This document shows positions 1 through 8,198 of a stretch of DNA of 64,000 nucleotides, one piece after another. The notes under the pieces are model-generated. The model was given only the letters and a program-made list of their open reading frames with translations. It was not told the origin of the DNA and made no database searches. The position numbers and the translations under genes were made by a program. Source of the DNA: Candidatus Latescibacterota bacterium (GTDB taxonomy: Bacteria; Latescibacterota; UBA2968; UBA8231); contig OZ242005.1 in NCBI GenBank assembly GCA_965204725.1, positions 640,001-704,000 on the forward strand, written 5' to 3'. Position 1 is the first letter of the stretch, and the number at the start of each line of letters is the position of its first letter.

Positions 1-572
1 CGCTCAATCGGGTCATCGCCATCCAATGCCGAAAAGAGCGGCTGTTGTATCGGGGGAGAGATGACGGGACTCAACAGCGTAATGGCGAAGCTACCCTGTT
101 CGGTCTGCCCTAAGCGAACCCGGCTCAGGTAGTCCCTAGCCTTTCTGTTAGCCCCCGCACGATAGAGGGGCTGTGGCTCTTGGAGCGAGCAGGCGGCAGC
201 GAGGATCATGTCGCGTGCGCCACTCATTAGATCAACCCCATCGCTTACTGCCACGCTGCCGCTGTCGTCGCCATCAACCGCCCGGACCCGGACCACGTCG
301 CGATCCGCCATCACCAAGTCGCGGTAGAGGGTAAGCTCGTCCACATCGGCGACCTTGGCGAAAATTTCAATGACCATCGAGACGACTCGGGCGTAATCGC
401 CCAAGTGTGCAGTTCGCGGCAGAATGATCTCGGGTAGCCCCTCGCCCGTAAACACATCGGAATGCTCGCCGTAGGTATCGACCTTGGCCCAACCGGCCGT
501 GCGAGCGTACGCAGACAACGCCGCAGGAGAAATCGCAAGCAAGGCTTCCTTGTCTTGGATACTGACTTTCAT
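1..572 (-). CDS. Hypothetical protein (3'-truncated by window edge), partner of the DUF4365 gene
   Basis: Own translation: ATG at 572 overlaps the DUF4365 stop (ATGA). Open frame MKVSIQDKEALLAISPAALSAYARTAGW...RLGQTEQGSFAITL... runs off the window. Confidence 0.75.
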   Translation of the reverse strand, partial: MKVSIQDKEALLAISPAALSAYARTAGWAKVDTYGEHSDVFTGEGLPEIILPRTAHLGDYARVVSMVIEIFAKVADVDELTLYRDLVMADRDVVRVRAVDGDDSGSVAVSDGVDLMSGARDMILAAACSLQEPQPLYRAGANRKARDYLSRVRLGQTEQGSFAITLLSPVISPPIQQPLFSALDGDDPIE

Positions 573-1069
573 CGGCTCCCTCCTGTTCTCGATTGTTCCA
601 TTAGCGTCCGCAAACTTTCGACGTTGAACAGATTCTCTTCAGGGATGCGGACGGTAACAGACGACTGGTTAGCGGTTTCTTCGTATCCTTGCAGATTGAG
701 CCAATAGGCCCGATGTCTCAGTATGAGTTCATCTTGGGTGATCGTCATCCATCGTTGTTCGTCTTTCGGCAAGTCAAGCACCACGAGTAGCCGAAGTATC
801 TGGCTTTCAATACGCAGGTCATTGTAATTCTTAATGCCCAGCGGGAAGTGTAGGAACCCGTCACCCGGCCGTTTCAAGTTGACGGTAGCTTTCAACTGCA
901 AATCGAGCAGGGGCCGTATCCTACCACCAGCACGGATGCACAGATCAACGCTGTCTCGGTCCGTGCTGGGAACTTCAGTGACATAACCGGCACGCGCCGC
1001 CACTGCCCGTGCATAGATAAGGGACAGGGCTTCTTTCTGATCGGAGACTGTCAGCAATGCGTCGGTCAT
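569..1069 (-). CDS. DUF4365-family protein (putative PD-(D/E)xK nuclease fold)
   Basis: 166 aa; motifs DRDSVD, LDLQLKAT, NYNDLR, AYWLNL typical of DUF4365. Confidence 0.8.
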   Translation of the reverse strand: MTDALLTVSDQKEALSLIYARAVAARAGYVTEVPSTDRDSVDLCIRAGGRIRPLLDLQLKATVNLKRPGDGFLHFPLGIKNYNDLRIESQILRLLVVLDLPKDEQRWMTITQDELILRHRAYWLNLQGYEETANQSSVTVRIPEENLFNVESLRTLMEQSRTGGSR

Positions 1070-1090
1070 GCAATGGCCTCCGCCATTTTT

Positions 1091-2281
1091 TTAGCACTTT
1101 TCATGTAGAGCCTCGCAGTTAGATTCGCGGCGGTCTGGAACTTCGAGATTAGCCCCACGAGCGTTCTGTCTTCTTTCGAGAAAATAAAATAGCTGGTGAG
1201 CCGTCAGTATTCCAATCAATGCAGATTTATAACCGAACTTAGACGGATTCGCAACACCATGTGCAACACTATGTCTGGAGACTTCGATATTCTCTGAGCT
1301 ATGATCGAAATTCGCAAAATAGACATCACGGAGATAGGCAGCGAAACGACGGGGTAAGAGTAGGCATTTATCGTTTTCTATTTGGGCAGCCACTGCTAAC
1401 TCCGTCAGGTTTTCGGATCTAGGAGGCAGTTGAGTGTCAAAAATACTATTATGAGTGCGTAAGATTCCTTCTATCCGGGGAAACAACAACGCGGTGCAAC
1501 TCACAGGATCATCGTTTTGGAACCGTTCGACAGCACGTTCAAGAAGATCAAGGTGGGGCAGGAACGAAGGGTGTTCACGCCAACTTTCTAGCATTTGTGG
1601 AACACGGCTCTTAGTTTCGGAAACAATGTCATCGAGGTTTTCATCTGGGTCCCAACCAGATCGGATATGACTTATTAAGGCACCGATCTTTTCATTGCTA
1701 AGACCCACAAATGGGAACCATTTTTTGGAAAACAAGGCATCCCATTCAGCATCAGAAATGCTAAGCCTTTCTTGAAATAGTACCTGTCCATACATATGGG
1801 CCAAAACTGCGGCTATGTCATACTGGCGCGGCTGTGGGTGTGGAAGTGTGGGACCAAAATCAAAAAAAAGTCCCTTTCTCCAGCCAACGGAAAATACAAA
1901 TAAGACGCCAGCATCGTCAGGTATTTGTACACCAAGTTCGACACTCTTCATATCAGCGATGTCATCTTTAGAGATGGATTCCCCTTCTTCAATTGGCCTT
2001 GCTGAACGAACATTCATACGTAAATCTAGTTCATTCACGTAAACGCATGCTTTACCGTCACGACGGCAAATAGCTAGCATGTGATCTATTTGCGATGGGG
2101 AGATATGAGACGGCAACCGTTGTAGAATATGACCGGTTGCTCCTTCGATCCGTTGAATGAAGTGTCCCCCGTCCTCAGTCGATGTGAATTCACGGTACAC
2201 AAGATCGACATGTTCACCGGCACGGGCAGATGTACGAGCATAACCAGCCGGTGGCTTTCCAAGGTCAATTTCAAATGGCAT
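1091..2281 (-). CDS. Hypothetical protein with a C-terminal HEPN-like domain
   Basis: 396 aa, AT-richer than the host. C-terminal LLFPRIEGILR...SRHSVAHG contains an Rx4H motif. Confidence 0.6.
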   Translation of the reverse strand: MPFEIDLGKPPAGYARTSARAGEHVDLVYREFTSTEDGGHFIQRIEGATGHILQRLPSHISPSQIDHMLAICRRDGKACVYVNELDLRMNVRSARPIEEGESISKDDIADMKSVELGVQIPDDAGVLFVFSVGWRKGLFFDFGPTLPHPQPRQYDIAAVLAHMYGQVLFQERLSISDAEWDALFSKKWFPFVGLSNEKIGALISHIRSGWDPDENLDDIVSETKSRVPQMLESWREHPSFLPHLDLLERAVERFQNDDPVSCTALLFPRIEGILRTHNSIFDTQLPPRSENLTELAVAAQIENDKCLLLPRRFAAYLRDVYFANFDHSSENIEVSRHSVAHGVANPSKFGYKSALIGILTAHQLFYFLERRQNARGANLEVPDRRESNCEALHEKC

Positions 2282-2542
2282 TTCTAGCTCCTCGAACTAG
2301 GGTTGTGTGCATCGTTTAATTTTAGATACAGTCTCGAATCGGTCGAATTTAATCAAGTTAATCTTGTCTCGGAAAGATCGGCCAATTATTGTCAAATCGC
2401 CCCCAACCCGATTGCCAGGTTTAAGCAACTTTATATGCGGCTGATAATAACGGGCTCCGAAGCAGTTCCTCCACGACGTAGTAGGATGTCGTTTACCTAC
2501 TACCTGTTGAGTCTCTAACCGATAGACACTTAGTCATTACTA

Positions 2543-3976
2543 TTACCCTACCTTCATTTCTCCCGACACCAGCTTCGGCAGCAGCGCGTCGCGCAGGGCG
2601 GCGAGGGTGCGGGATTCGCTAACAGCCTCGCTGGCCCGTGCAAACAGCGGTTGAACAACTTTACCGAACCTTGCGGCGATGGGTTCGGGCGGCGAAGGCA
2701 ACAGAAACTGAGACAATGCTTTCGCGGGTACGCGCTGACGGCCGCTCGTCCCTGTCATGTTCTGAATTGCAAACTCGCGGAACCTTGCACTACGGGCGAG
2801 GCAATAGGCAAACTCGTTTGGGAGCGGCGACATTGGCCGCAGGACAATATACTCAGTCGAACCCCAGCCTATCTGGTCAGGGGGCAAGAAATCCACATAG
2901 GCTGTTTTGCCGTTTTCCAAGCAAGGAGTAATGCGAGCGACAAGGGTGTCGCCGTTGGTGAATCGCATCCCTGAGCCGAAGGGCCGGTCGATCACCTTAT
3001 CGGGGACATGTCCTCTCGTCGGCATGTTCGCCATGTCAAGATATGGGGCGACCTCTCTCCTTCGCAGCGATCTCGGTGGATTGACCTCGATCACTTCGGG
3101 TAGCGGAACGACCTCCCACCCCGCCGGTATCTCCCCCAATTCCGAATCGACAAAATGATCGGGAAACAACGCCGCAATACTCGGCTCCATCTTATCGAGA
3201 TACGCCCGAGCACGTTCCCTCGTCCACCCCTTCCCTTGCTCCCCCTCCCCACCTCCATCACTCCCCCCTCGGGGGGGAGTCGCCGCCCCCGGCGGCGGTG
3301 GGGGGCCTTCCAACGCCGCGTACACCCTTTCCAACACGCCAAAGCAGTCCTCAAAAACCTCGTTGTTCCAAAACCGCAGAACGCGATAGCCCTCGTTCCG
3401 CAAGAAGCGGTCGCGCCGCTCGTCGTAGTCTTTTCGTTGGACATGGTAGCCGCCATCAACTTCAACGAGCAGCTTCCGGGACAGACATGCGAAATCCACG
3501 ATGTACGGGCCGATGGGCTGCTGGCGGCGAAACTTATAGCCGCCTAATCGCTTGCCGCGCAGGTAGTGCCACAGCAAGCCCTCGGCGTCGGTTTGGGCTT
3601 GGCGGAGGGCGCGGGCCTTTTGCAGGGTCTGGCGGGTATATTGGCGGCGGAGGCCCCCCACCGGCGCGCTGGCGCGCCGACTCCCCCCAAGGGGGGGAGT
3701 GATGAAGGGAGGGGTGCGCTGGGGCTGCTTGAGTGCGGCTTTGGCGTGGACCGGGTCGAAATCGACGAACCACGACTTGAACAGTGCCCGCCCCATCTCC
3801 TCCAAAGTCTCATTCTCGCGCCGGTTGAGTTCAATTTTGTCGTCGAGGGTGCCGAGGATGTGGGCGATGGCGCGTTGTTCGGGGAGAGGCGGGAGGTTTA
3901 GTTTCAACTCCTCAAGTCGCCATGCCTCCTTCTGCGAATAGGTCGCGTCATTAACTACGATGTAGTCGCCAAGCAT
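2543..3976 (-). CDS. hsdS: Type I R-M specificity subunit, TRD1 deleted, DUF559 endonuclease inserted in frame (probably defective)
   Basis: Conserved HsdS blocks [61 protein letters not shown]. Only about 25 aa precede the first conserved helix. One complete TRD ([11 protein letters not shown]...GSTEY...GTSGRQRV). Confidence 0.85.
   Translation of the reverse strand: MLGDYIVVNDATYSQKEAWRLEELKLNLPPLPEQRAIAHILGTLDDKIELNRRENETLEEMGRALFKSWFVDFDPVHAKAALKQPQRTPPFITPPLGGSRRASAPVGGLRRQYTRQTLQKARALRQAQTDAEGLLWHYLRGKRLGGYKFRRQQPIGPYIVDFACLSRKLLVEVDGGYHVQRKDYDERRDRFLRNEGYRVLRFWNNEVFEDCFGVLERVYAALEGPPPPPGAATPPRGGSDGGGEGEQGKGWTRERARAYLDKMEPSIAALFPDHFVDSELGEIPAGWEVVPLPEVIEVNPPRSLRRREVAPYLDMANMPTRGHVPDKVIDRPFGSGMRFTNGDTLVARITPCLENGKTAYVDFLPPDQIGWGSTEYIVLRPMSPLPNEFAYCLARSARFREFAIQNMTGTSGRQRVPAKALSQFLLPSPPEPIAARFGKVVQPLFARASEAVSESRTLAALRDALLPKLVSGEMKVG
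3257..3703 (-). mobile_element. DUF559 (Vsr-like endonuclease) cassette bounded by inverted palindromic repeats, in frame within hsdS
   Basis: Protein [10 protein letters not shown]...[15 protein letters not shown]...EVDGGYH...YRVLRFWN. Flanks are atcACTCCCCCCtcgGGGGGGAGTcg (3257-3282) and cgACTCCCCCCaagGGGGGGAGTgat (3678-3703). Confidence 0.7.
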
Positions 3977-4227
3977 TACAATCCCTCAACAGACTTACCT
4001 GTAAGTTCCATGTACAGCGCATCGGCGCAAAGGTCGAGGTCATCGTCCCAAGCTATGGCTCGGTGGGAAGTTATATGCACCTTCTCGAAATATCCCGGCT
4101 CGTCCCAAACCTTGAACACGCCCTTCCCGGCGAGGTCCGACAAGTCTATCTCACCGGCGACGCCATCCGAATATCGAAGCCAAATGCGGTAGCCGGCTCG
4201 TGGGTGAACTTCGGTCGGTCTTTTCAT
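3976..4227 (-). CDS. DUF2442-family protein (TA-associated), possibly C-terminally clipped
   Basis: 83 aa; [10 protein letters not shown]...GVF...[15 protein letters not shown] pattern. Confidence 0.75.
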   Translation of the reverse strand: MKRPTEVHPRAGYRIWLRYSDGVAGEIDLSDLAGKGVFKVWDEPGYFEKVHITSHRAIAWDDDLDLCADALYMELTGKSVEGL

Positions 4228-4577
4228 GGTGTTGCCTCCTTATCCCAAGCTATTCGTTCCTTGTCCTCCCCCTGCACAACCACATACTCCCGCTCAATCT
4301 CCCGATGAAAGCTCTCCGGCAACCCAGCCCAATCATGCGTCTGCACAAGGATCGGGACGTTAGACTCCTCCAACGCCTCAGTCAAATCCAGCAGTTGACC
4401 GCCCGGTATCCGCTGCAAGTCCGGCCCTCTGAGCACTAAGTCCAAGTCACTGCCCTCGTGGCTTCTACCGTTGACGCGGCTGCCGTAAGCCCACACCTCC
4501 ACACCGGGCACGTGCTCTTGCAGCAGGGCCTCAATCCGATCCCGGTAGCGGCGCGGCAAATCCAGACGGTCAGTCAT
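4224..4577 (-). CDS. Minimal nucleotidyltransferase (MNT) antitoxin
   Basis: 117 aa; WAYGSRVNG...SDLDL polbeta-type motif; overlaps the HEPN gene. Confidence 0.85.
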   Translation of the reverse strand: MTDRLDLPRRYRDRIEALLQEHVPGVEVWAYGSRVNGRSHEGSDLDLVLRGPDLQRIPGGQLLDLTEALEESNVPILVQTHDWAGLPESFHREIEREYVVVQGEDKERIAWDKEATP

Positions 4578-4992
4578 CCTCCCCCTCCGTTATGACCTGA
4601 ACTAACTCCTTGGCGTCGGCGATGAATTGAGGCACCAGCGCAAGCGTCGCCTCCGCAAAGCCCTCGCCGTATTGGTGCGCCGTGTCATTGCGGTGGTCGC
4701 GGTACTCCAGCCAACGCTCGCAACTCTCAACTGAGATTAGCCCGTGTTTTGCGGCGTGGCGAAACAAGCTTTTGAAGGTTAGCTGGTCCGCCTGCCGATT
4801 GCTGGCGAAATAGGGCCTGAGCCGTTTTTTCAACAAGCTGCCGCTTTGCTCCAAGATCAACTCAAACTCCTTGACACAAGCGGTGCGGAAGATGTCGTAC
4901 CAGACGGTGTCCTCGTCGTACTGTTGCAACTGCTCCAACGCCGTTTCTAGGACGCGGATGCAGCGCGTGAGGAAGTCAGTGTTGATGTTCAT
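4570..4992 (-). CDS. HEPN toxin / nucleotidyltransferase substrate-binding protein (HI0074-like)
   Basis: 140 aa; ACVKEFE...RNDTAHQY (Rx4H); paired with MNT. Confidence 0.85.
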   Translation of the reverse strand: MNINTDFLTRCIRVLETALEQLQQYDEDTVWYDIFRTACVKEFELILEQSGSLLKKRLRPYFASNRQADQLTFKSLFRHAAKHGLISVESCERWLEYRDHRNDTAHQYGEGFAEATLALVPQFIADAKELVQVITEGEDD

Positions 4993-4995
4993 GTT

Positions 4996-5049
4996 TTACT
5001 GCCGATCTCCGTACATCTCCGTGATAAGGCGTCGGAGTTGGGCCGCCAT
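4996..5049 (-). pseudogene. Collapsed PemK/MazF-type toxin remnant (17 aa)
   Basis: TGATG overlap with the antitoxin stop. Reads MAAQLRRLITEMYGDRQ*; LRRLITEMYG resembles the C-terminus of PemK-like toxins paired with this antitoxin type (recall). Confidence 0.55.
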
Positions 5050-5291
5050 CAGTCGAGTCCATCGGCGACCGCGGCGTCGAGATCGCTCCAGTCTTCGCGG
5101 TCAGCCGCCATGGCGCGGTAGGTCTCTTGCCAAGAGAGCTTGTTCTTTTCGTTACTGTGCAGAAAAACGCCTTCTTCGGTTTCTTCGAGGACGAGCGAGT
5201 CGTCCCAGCCGTATTTCTGCAACAGGACCTTGGGAAGACGAATGCCCTTAGCGTTGCCGATGGCGATCACTTTGACGGCTCTGGTTGCCAT
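5049..5291 (-). CDS. AbrB/MazE/SpoVT-family antitoxin
   Basis: 80 aa; VIAIGNAKGIRLPK AbrB motif and acidic tail. Confidence 0.85.
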   Translation of the reverse strand: MATRAVKVIAIGNAKGIRLPKVLLQKYGWDDSLVLEETEEGVFLHSNEKNKLSWQETYRAMAADREDWSDLDAAVADGLD

Positions 5292-5349
5292 TTCTTTACC
5301 CGCGTTCAGTTCTTATTCGACGAAGGGTACAATACGCTATATACGACGC

Positions 5350-6114
5350 TCATGCCGCAAGTTCCTCCCGCACACCCTCCCGCTGGCTCCACATCACCGG
5401 CCGCACGTCGTAGCTCCGTAGAGCATCCAGCGCCGCCTGATGCACCGTTTGCTCCGAATCATTCAGCAGTGCATATACACGAGATTCGGGAGTACGTACC
5501 TCCTTCGTGTCAATCCATGAGAGAACCACAGCCTGAGCAGCAGAGCGATCTGGTCGGTTGATTGTCTTGATGACGCGCTCCGGTTGCTGCCGGGACTTTG
5601 GAATTACGAAATCGAACAAGTGGTCGTACCCGGTCTTTCCGGTGAACTTCACCTTGGGGGTATATCGAATATCATGCACATCCAGCCAAGCAACGACATC
5701 CTCGTAGAACAGGCTTGCCACCATAGGCACCGCCAGATAGAACATATCATTAACGGCGAGCATTGCTTGGACGAGATTGTGTTTACGCAGCGAGAAATTG
5801 CCAGCCGACGCATGGACCTGCAACGCATTGCCGTCCTTCTTCACCCCGAAGCCGTTGAGTGTTGTCTTGAGCAGTTCTTGGCGCTTACGGCTATCGAGCT
5901 TACAGCCGCTTTGCTTCAGGTCGTCTATGATGTATCCATCGTCCGTTAATAAAAATCCCTCATTGACCTTCTTGACGTAGATCTGCACATAGTCGTTGTG
6001 TCGGTCGAGATAGGGCGTTGTGATTTCGACCCATTGGTCGATTTGGTTCAAGACGGTCTTGTCCTTGAGCCAAACATGATAGGCATCCAGCAGCCTATGA
6101 ATATCCTGAATCAT
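5350..6114 (-). CDS. DUF1828/DUF1829-domain protein
   Basis: [34 protein letters not shown] motifs. Likely start is ATG 6114 (MIQDIHRLL), not 6210. Confidence 0.8.
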   Translation of the reverse strand: MIQDIHRLLDAYHVWLKDKTVLNQIDQWVEITTPYLDRHNDYVQIYVKKVNEGFLLTDDGYIIDDLKQSGCKLDSRKRQELLKTTLNGFGVKKDGNALQVHASAGNFSLRKHNLVQAMLAVNDMFYLAVPMVASLFYEDVVAWLDVHDIRYTPKVKFTGKTGYDHLFDFVIPKSRQQPERVIKTINRPDRSAAQAVVLSWIDTKEVRTPESRVYALLNDSEQTVHQAALDALRSYDVRPVMWSQREGVREELAA

Positions 6115-6210
6115 GTGAAAAGCCCCCGATCTATGTAGGGCGGTTGCGCGGTGTTTCTCCATTGCGATTAAAGCGTCCGCGTCCGCTTGTGTAAGAAGGA
6201 TGTCCACCAT
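6111..6210 (-). pseudogene. Collapsed DUF6978-like gene remnant (usual upstream partner of DUF1828)
   Basis: N-terminus [21 protein letters not shown] joined out of frame to [11 protein letters not shown], whose TGA overlaps the DUF1828 ATG. Confidence 0.55.
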
Positions 6211-6332
6211 CTGATTTTCGGCCCTTTATTGGCGTTCTGCTGGAAGCCCTGAAGCGTTCAATAGCTCAGAGCTTCTCCCAAAAAGAATATACGTAACGTC
6301 AAGCCGGTCAGCCGATGCGCTCCTCGTGCGCC

Positions 6333-8072
6333 TCATGGCTCTATGGCGCGATACTCCACCAGCGCGGACCGGCCCACAATATCGACAATACGCACCCGCC
6401 GTTCCTTTCCACCCGCGTCCGTCAGCCGCAACTCTTCTCCCAAAATGAAGTGAACCGGCTGCGGCTCGCCTTGGTTAATGGCGATGTTGGAGGCGTATAG
6501 GTACGTCCTGTCGTGGGTATCCAAGATGGGATTCAACCGCCCCGTCAAATTCGGAATATGGCCGGTCGCCTCTGGAAAAATGACCGCACCGCCCTCGGGT
6601 AGCGTCTCAAGTTCTACCGCGAGGGCACCTCGGCTCGGCACCCACTCCCGTTCCATATACGCGGCGCACCCAACAGCGGCAACAAACACCGTCATGGGAA
6701 GATGCGTAGCGTGTAGATCAATGGCCGCCTCGCCGTCTTCGTCGGTGGTCTCACGCTTCCACGTCTTGTTTGGAAAGAGGGCCAATACATCGGCGTTAGG
6801 TAGGGGCTGGCCAGCGCACCACACGGTGATAACAGCGCGGGCCGGCGTCGATTCTAGCGAAGCCGAGGGGATGGTCACGCACAGTTCGGAATCCGCGATG
6901 AGCCGAAACTCGGGGAAGGAGCCGCTGAGTTCCCGGGTGGCCCGCCGCATGATGGGAACCCCGTCCCCGCGTCGTTCCATGATGTACAACCGCCCACCAG
7001 CACCCTTGAGACTGGAAGCAGGAACTCGGCCCAGCAATGAAGTCAAAAGCTCGTTCCGCGTCGCCTGTCGGTGCGGCATATCTTCTACCGTCAGGTTGTT
7101 CGGCAGCGAACCCGGCGATTGGATCTCGACCCGATCCTCGAACATCGAAAGACGGATCCGGCTCGCTTGAATCGAATAATCGCGGTGCGCCACGGCGTTG
7201 ACCACCGCCTCGAACAGGGCTTCTTCGCTGTATTGCGGCAGTTCCGCACGCGCCGGCACCTTGTGCGCGGCAACGCGCATATTCCGCACGATAAAGGCCA
7301 CCGCTTCGGCGATTTGCCGTTGCAGCGGGCCGCCAATGGTTTGTGCATCAACCTGCCCCGTAGCGCGATCTCGACCTCGATAGCAGGTAGCGGTGATGCA
7401 GGCGTTTTTTAGCCACTCCTCCGGGGCCGCACTGCACAACAACACCCCGGCCACAGTAGCTCGCCGGACGCCGTTCTCGCCTATGGCCAGCAATCCCATC
7501 TTCTCCAGTGCCGCTGGGGGATCGGCGGCCCCCTCCGCGCTCAGCAGCGGCTTCCACAACCCTTCGTCCAGTGTTCGGAAACCCGTTTCCGGGACCGGCT
7601 GCTCGTCGAACCACTGAAAGCGAGCTTGTCCCCGCCGCTGTGCTAGGCGCAGCCGCTCGTCGCTCGTCATCCGGCGCTTTGAACTGCCGACTCGGTGGTA
7701 GCTGCCTCCGGGGCTGTCGTGCTGGGCATGACCTTGCGGCACTTCGACCAGCAGCAGTGGACATTCGTCTAGGATGCGCCGAAGGATGGTAGGCCGAACC
7801 GGCGGCTTGATCACATCGGTGCAGATGTCTATCAACAGCCGCTCTAGTGCGTCCATCTGTTCACGCGACATACCTTGAATTGCGCCTGCGTCGGTAACAC
7901 CGCAGAGCAGTACGCCGCCATCGGCGTTGGCGAACGCAGCGATCTCATCGGCCAAATCATCGCGGCTCGGACCTTTTGGCCGACTTCCGGCAAACTCGAT
8001 TTGCTTAAACTCCCATTGGCTATCCTCGCCTAAGCGAATTTGGCGTACGATCTCTTGGTCGGTGTAGTTCAT
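6333..8072 (-). CDS. AlbA_2 (Schlafen-like) + HATPase_c_4 protein with an extra beta-rich C-terminal region
   Basis: GEDSQWEFK, AAFANADGG, EAVVNAVAHRDY, SPGSL, ERRGDG motifs; about 170-aa C-terminal extension. Confidence 0.8.
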   Translation of the reverse strand: MNYTDQEIVRQIRLGEDSQWEFKQIEFAGSRPKGPSRDDLADEIAAFANADGGVLLCGVTDAGAIQGMSREQMDALERLLIDICTDVIKPPVRPTILRRILDECPLLLVEVPQGHAQHDSPGGSYHRVGSSKRRMTSDERLRLAQRRGQARFQWFDEQPVPETGFRTLDEGLWKPLLSAEGAADPPAALEKMGLLAIGENGVRRATVAGVLLCSAAPEEWLKNACITATCYRGRDRATGQVDAQTIGGPLQRQIAEAVAFIVRNMRVAAHKVPARAELPQYSEEALFEAVVNAVAHRDYSIQASRIRLSMFEDRVEIQSPGSLPNNLTVEDMPHRQATRNELLTSLLGRVPASSLKGAGGRLYIMERRGDGVPIMRRATRELSGSFPEFRLIADSELCVTIPSASLESTPARAVITVWCAGQPLPNADVLALFPNKTWKRETTDEDGEAAIDLHATHLPMTVFVAAVGCAAYMEREWVPSRGALAVELETLPEGGAVIFPEATGHIPNLTGRLNPILDTHDRTYLYASNIAINQGEPQPVHFILGEELRLTDAGGKERRVRIVDIVGRSALVEYRAIEP

Positions 8073-8173
8073 GGGGCGTCTCCAAACCCGAGGGCCTTCA
8101 GATTCGCCTCAATAGCCGCGTCCAGCCGCACGGCCTCGGCCTGCGCCCCGGCGGTGTTGGAAATTGTCGTCAT
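8069..8173 (-). pseudogene. Type I methyltransferase (HsdM) C-terminal remnant
   Basis: 34-aa ORF MTTISNTAGAQAEAVRLDAAIEANLKALGFGDAP* with GAGAGG RBS. QAEAxRLDAAIEANLKxLGF matches the HsdM tail. ATGA overlap with the next gene. Confidence 0.6.
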
Positions 8174-8198
8174 GGTATGGTATCCTCTCGTTAAAAAA

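Noticed and set aside
2282-2542. Possible ncRNA or IS end in the AT-rich gap between hsdS and the HEPN-like gene
   Set aside because: No convincing inverted repeats, TSD or RNA motif found by eye; probably promoter DNA.
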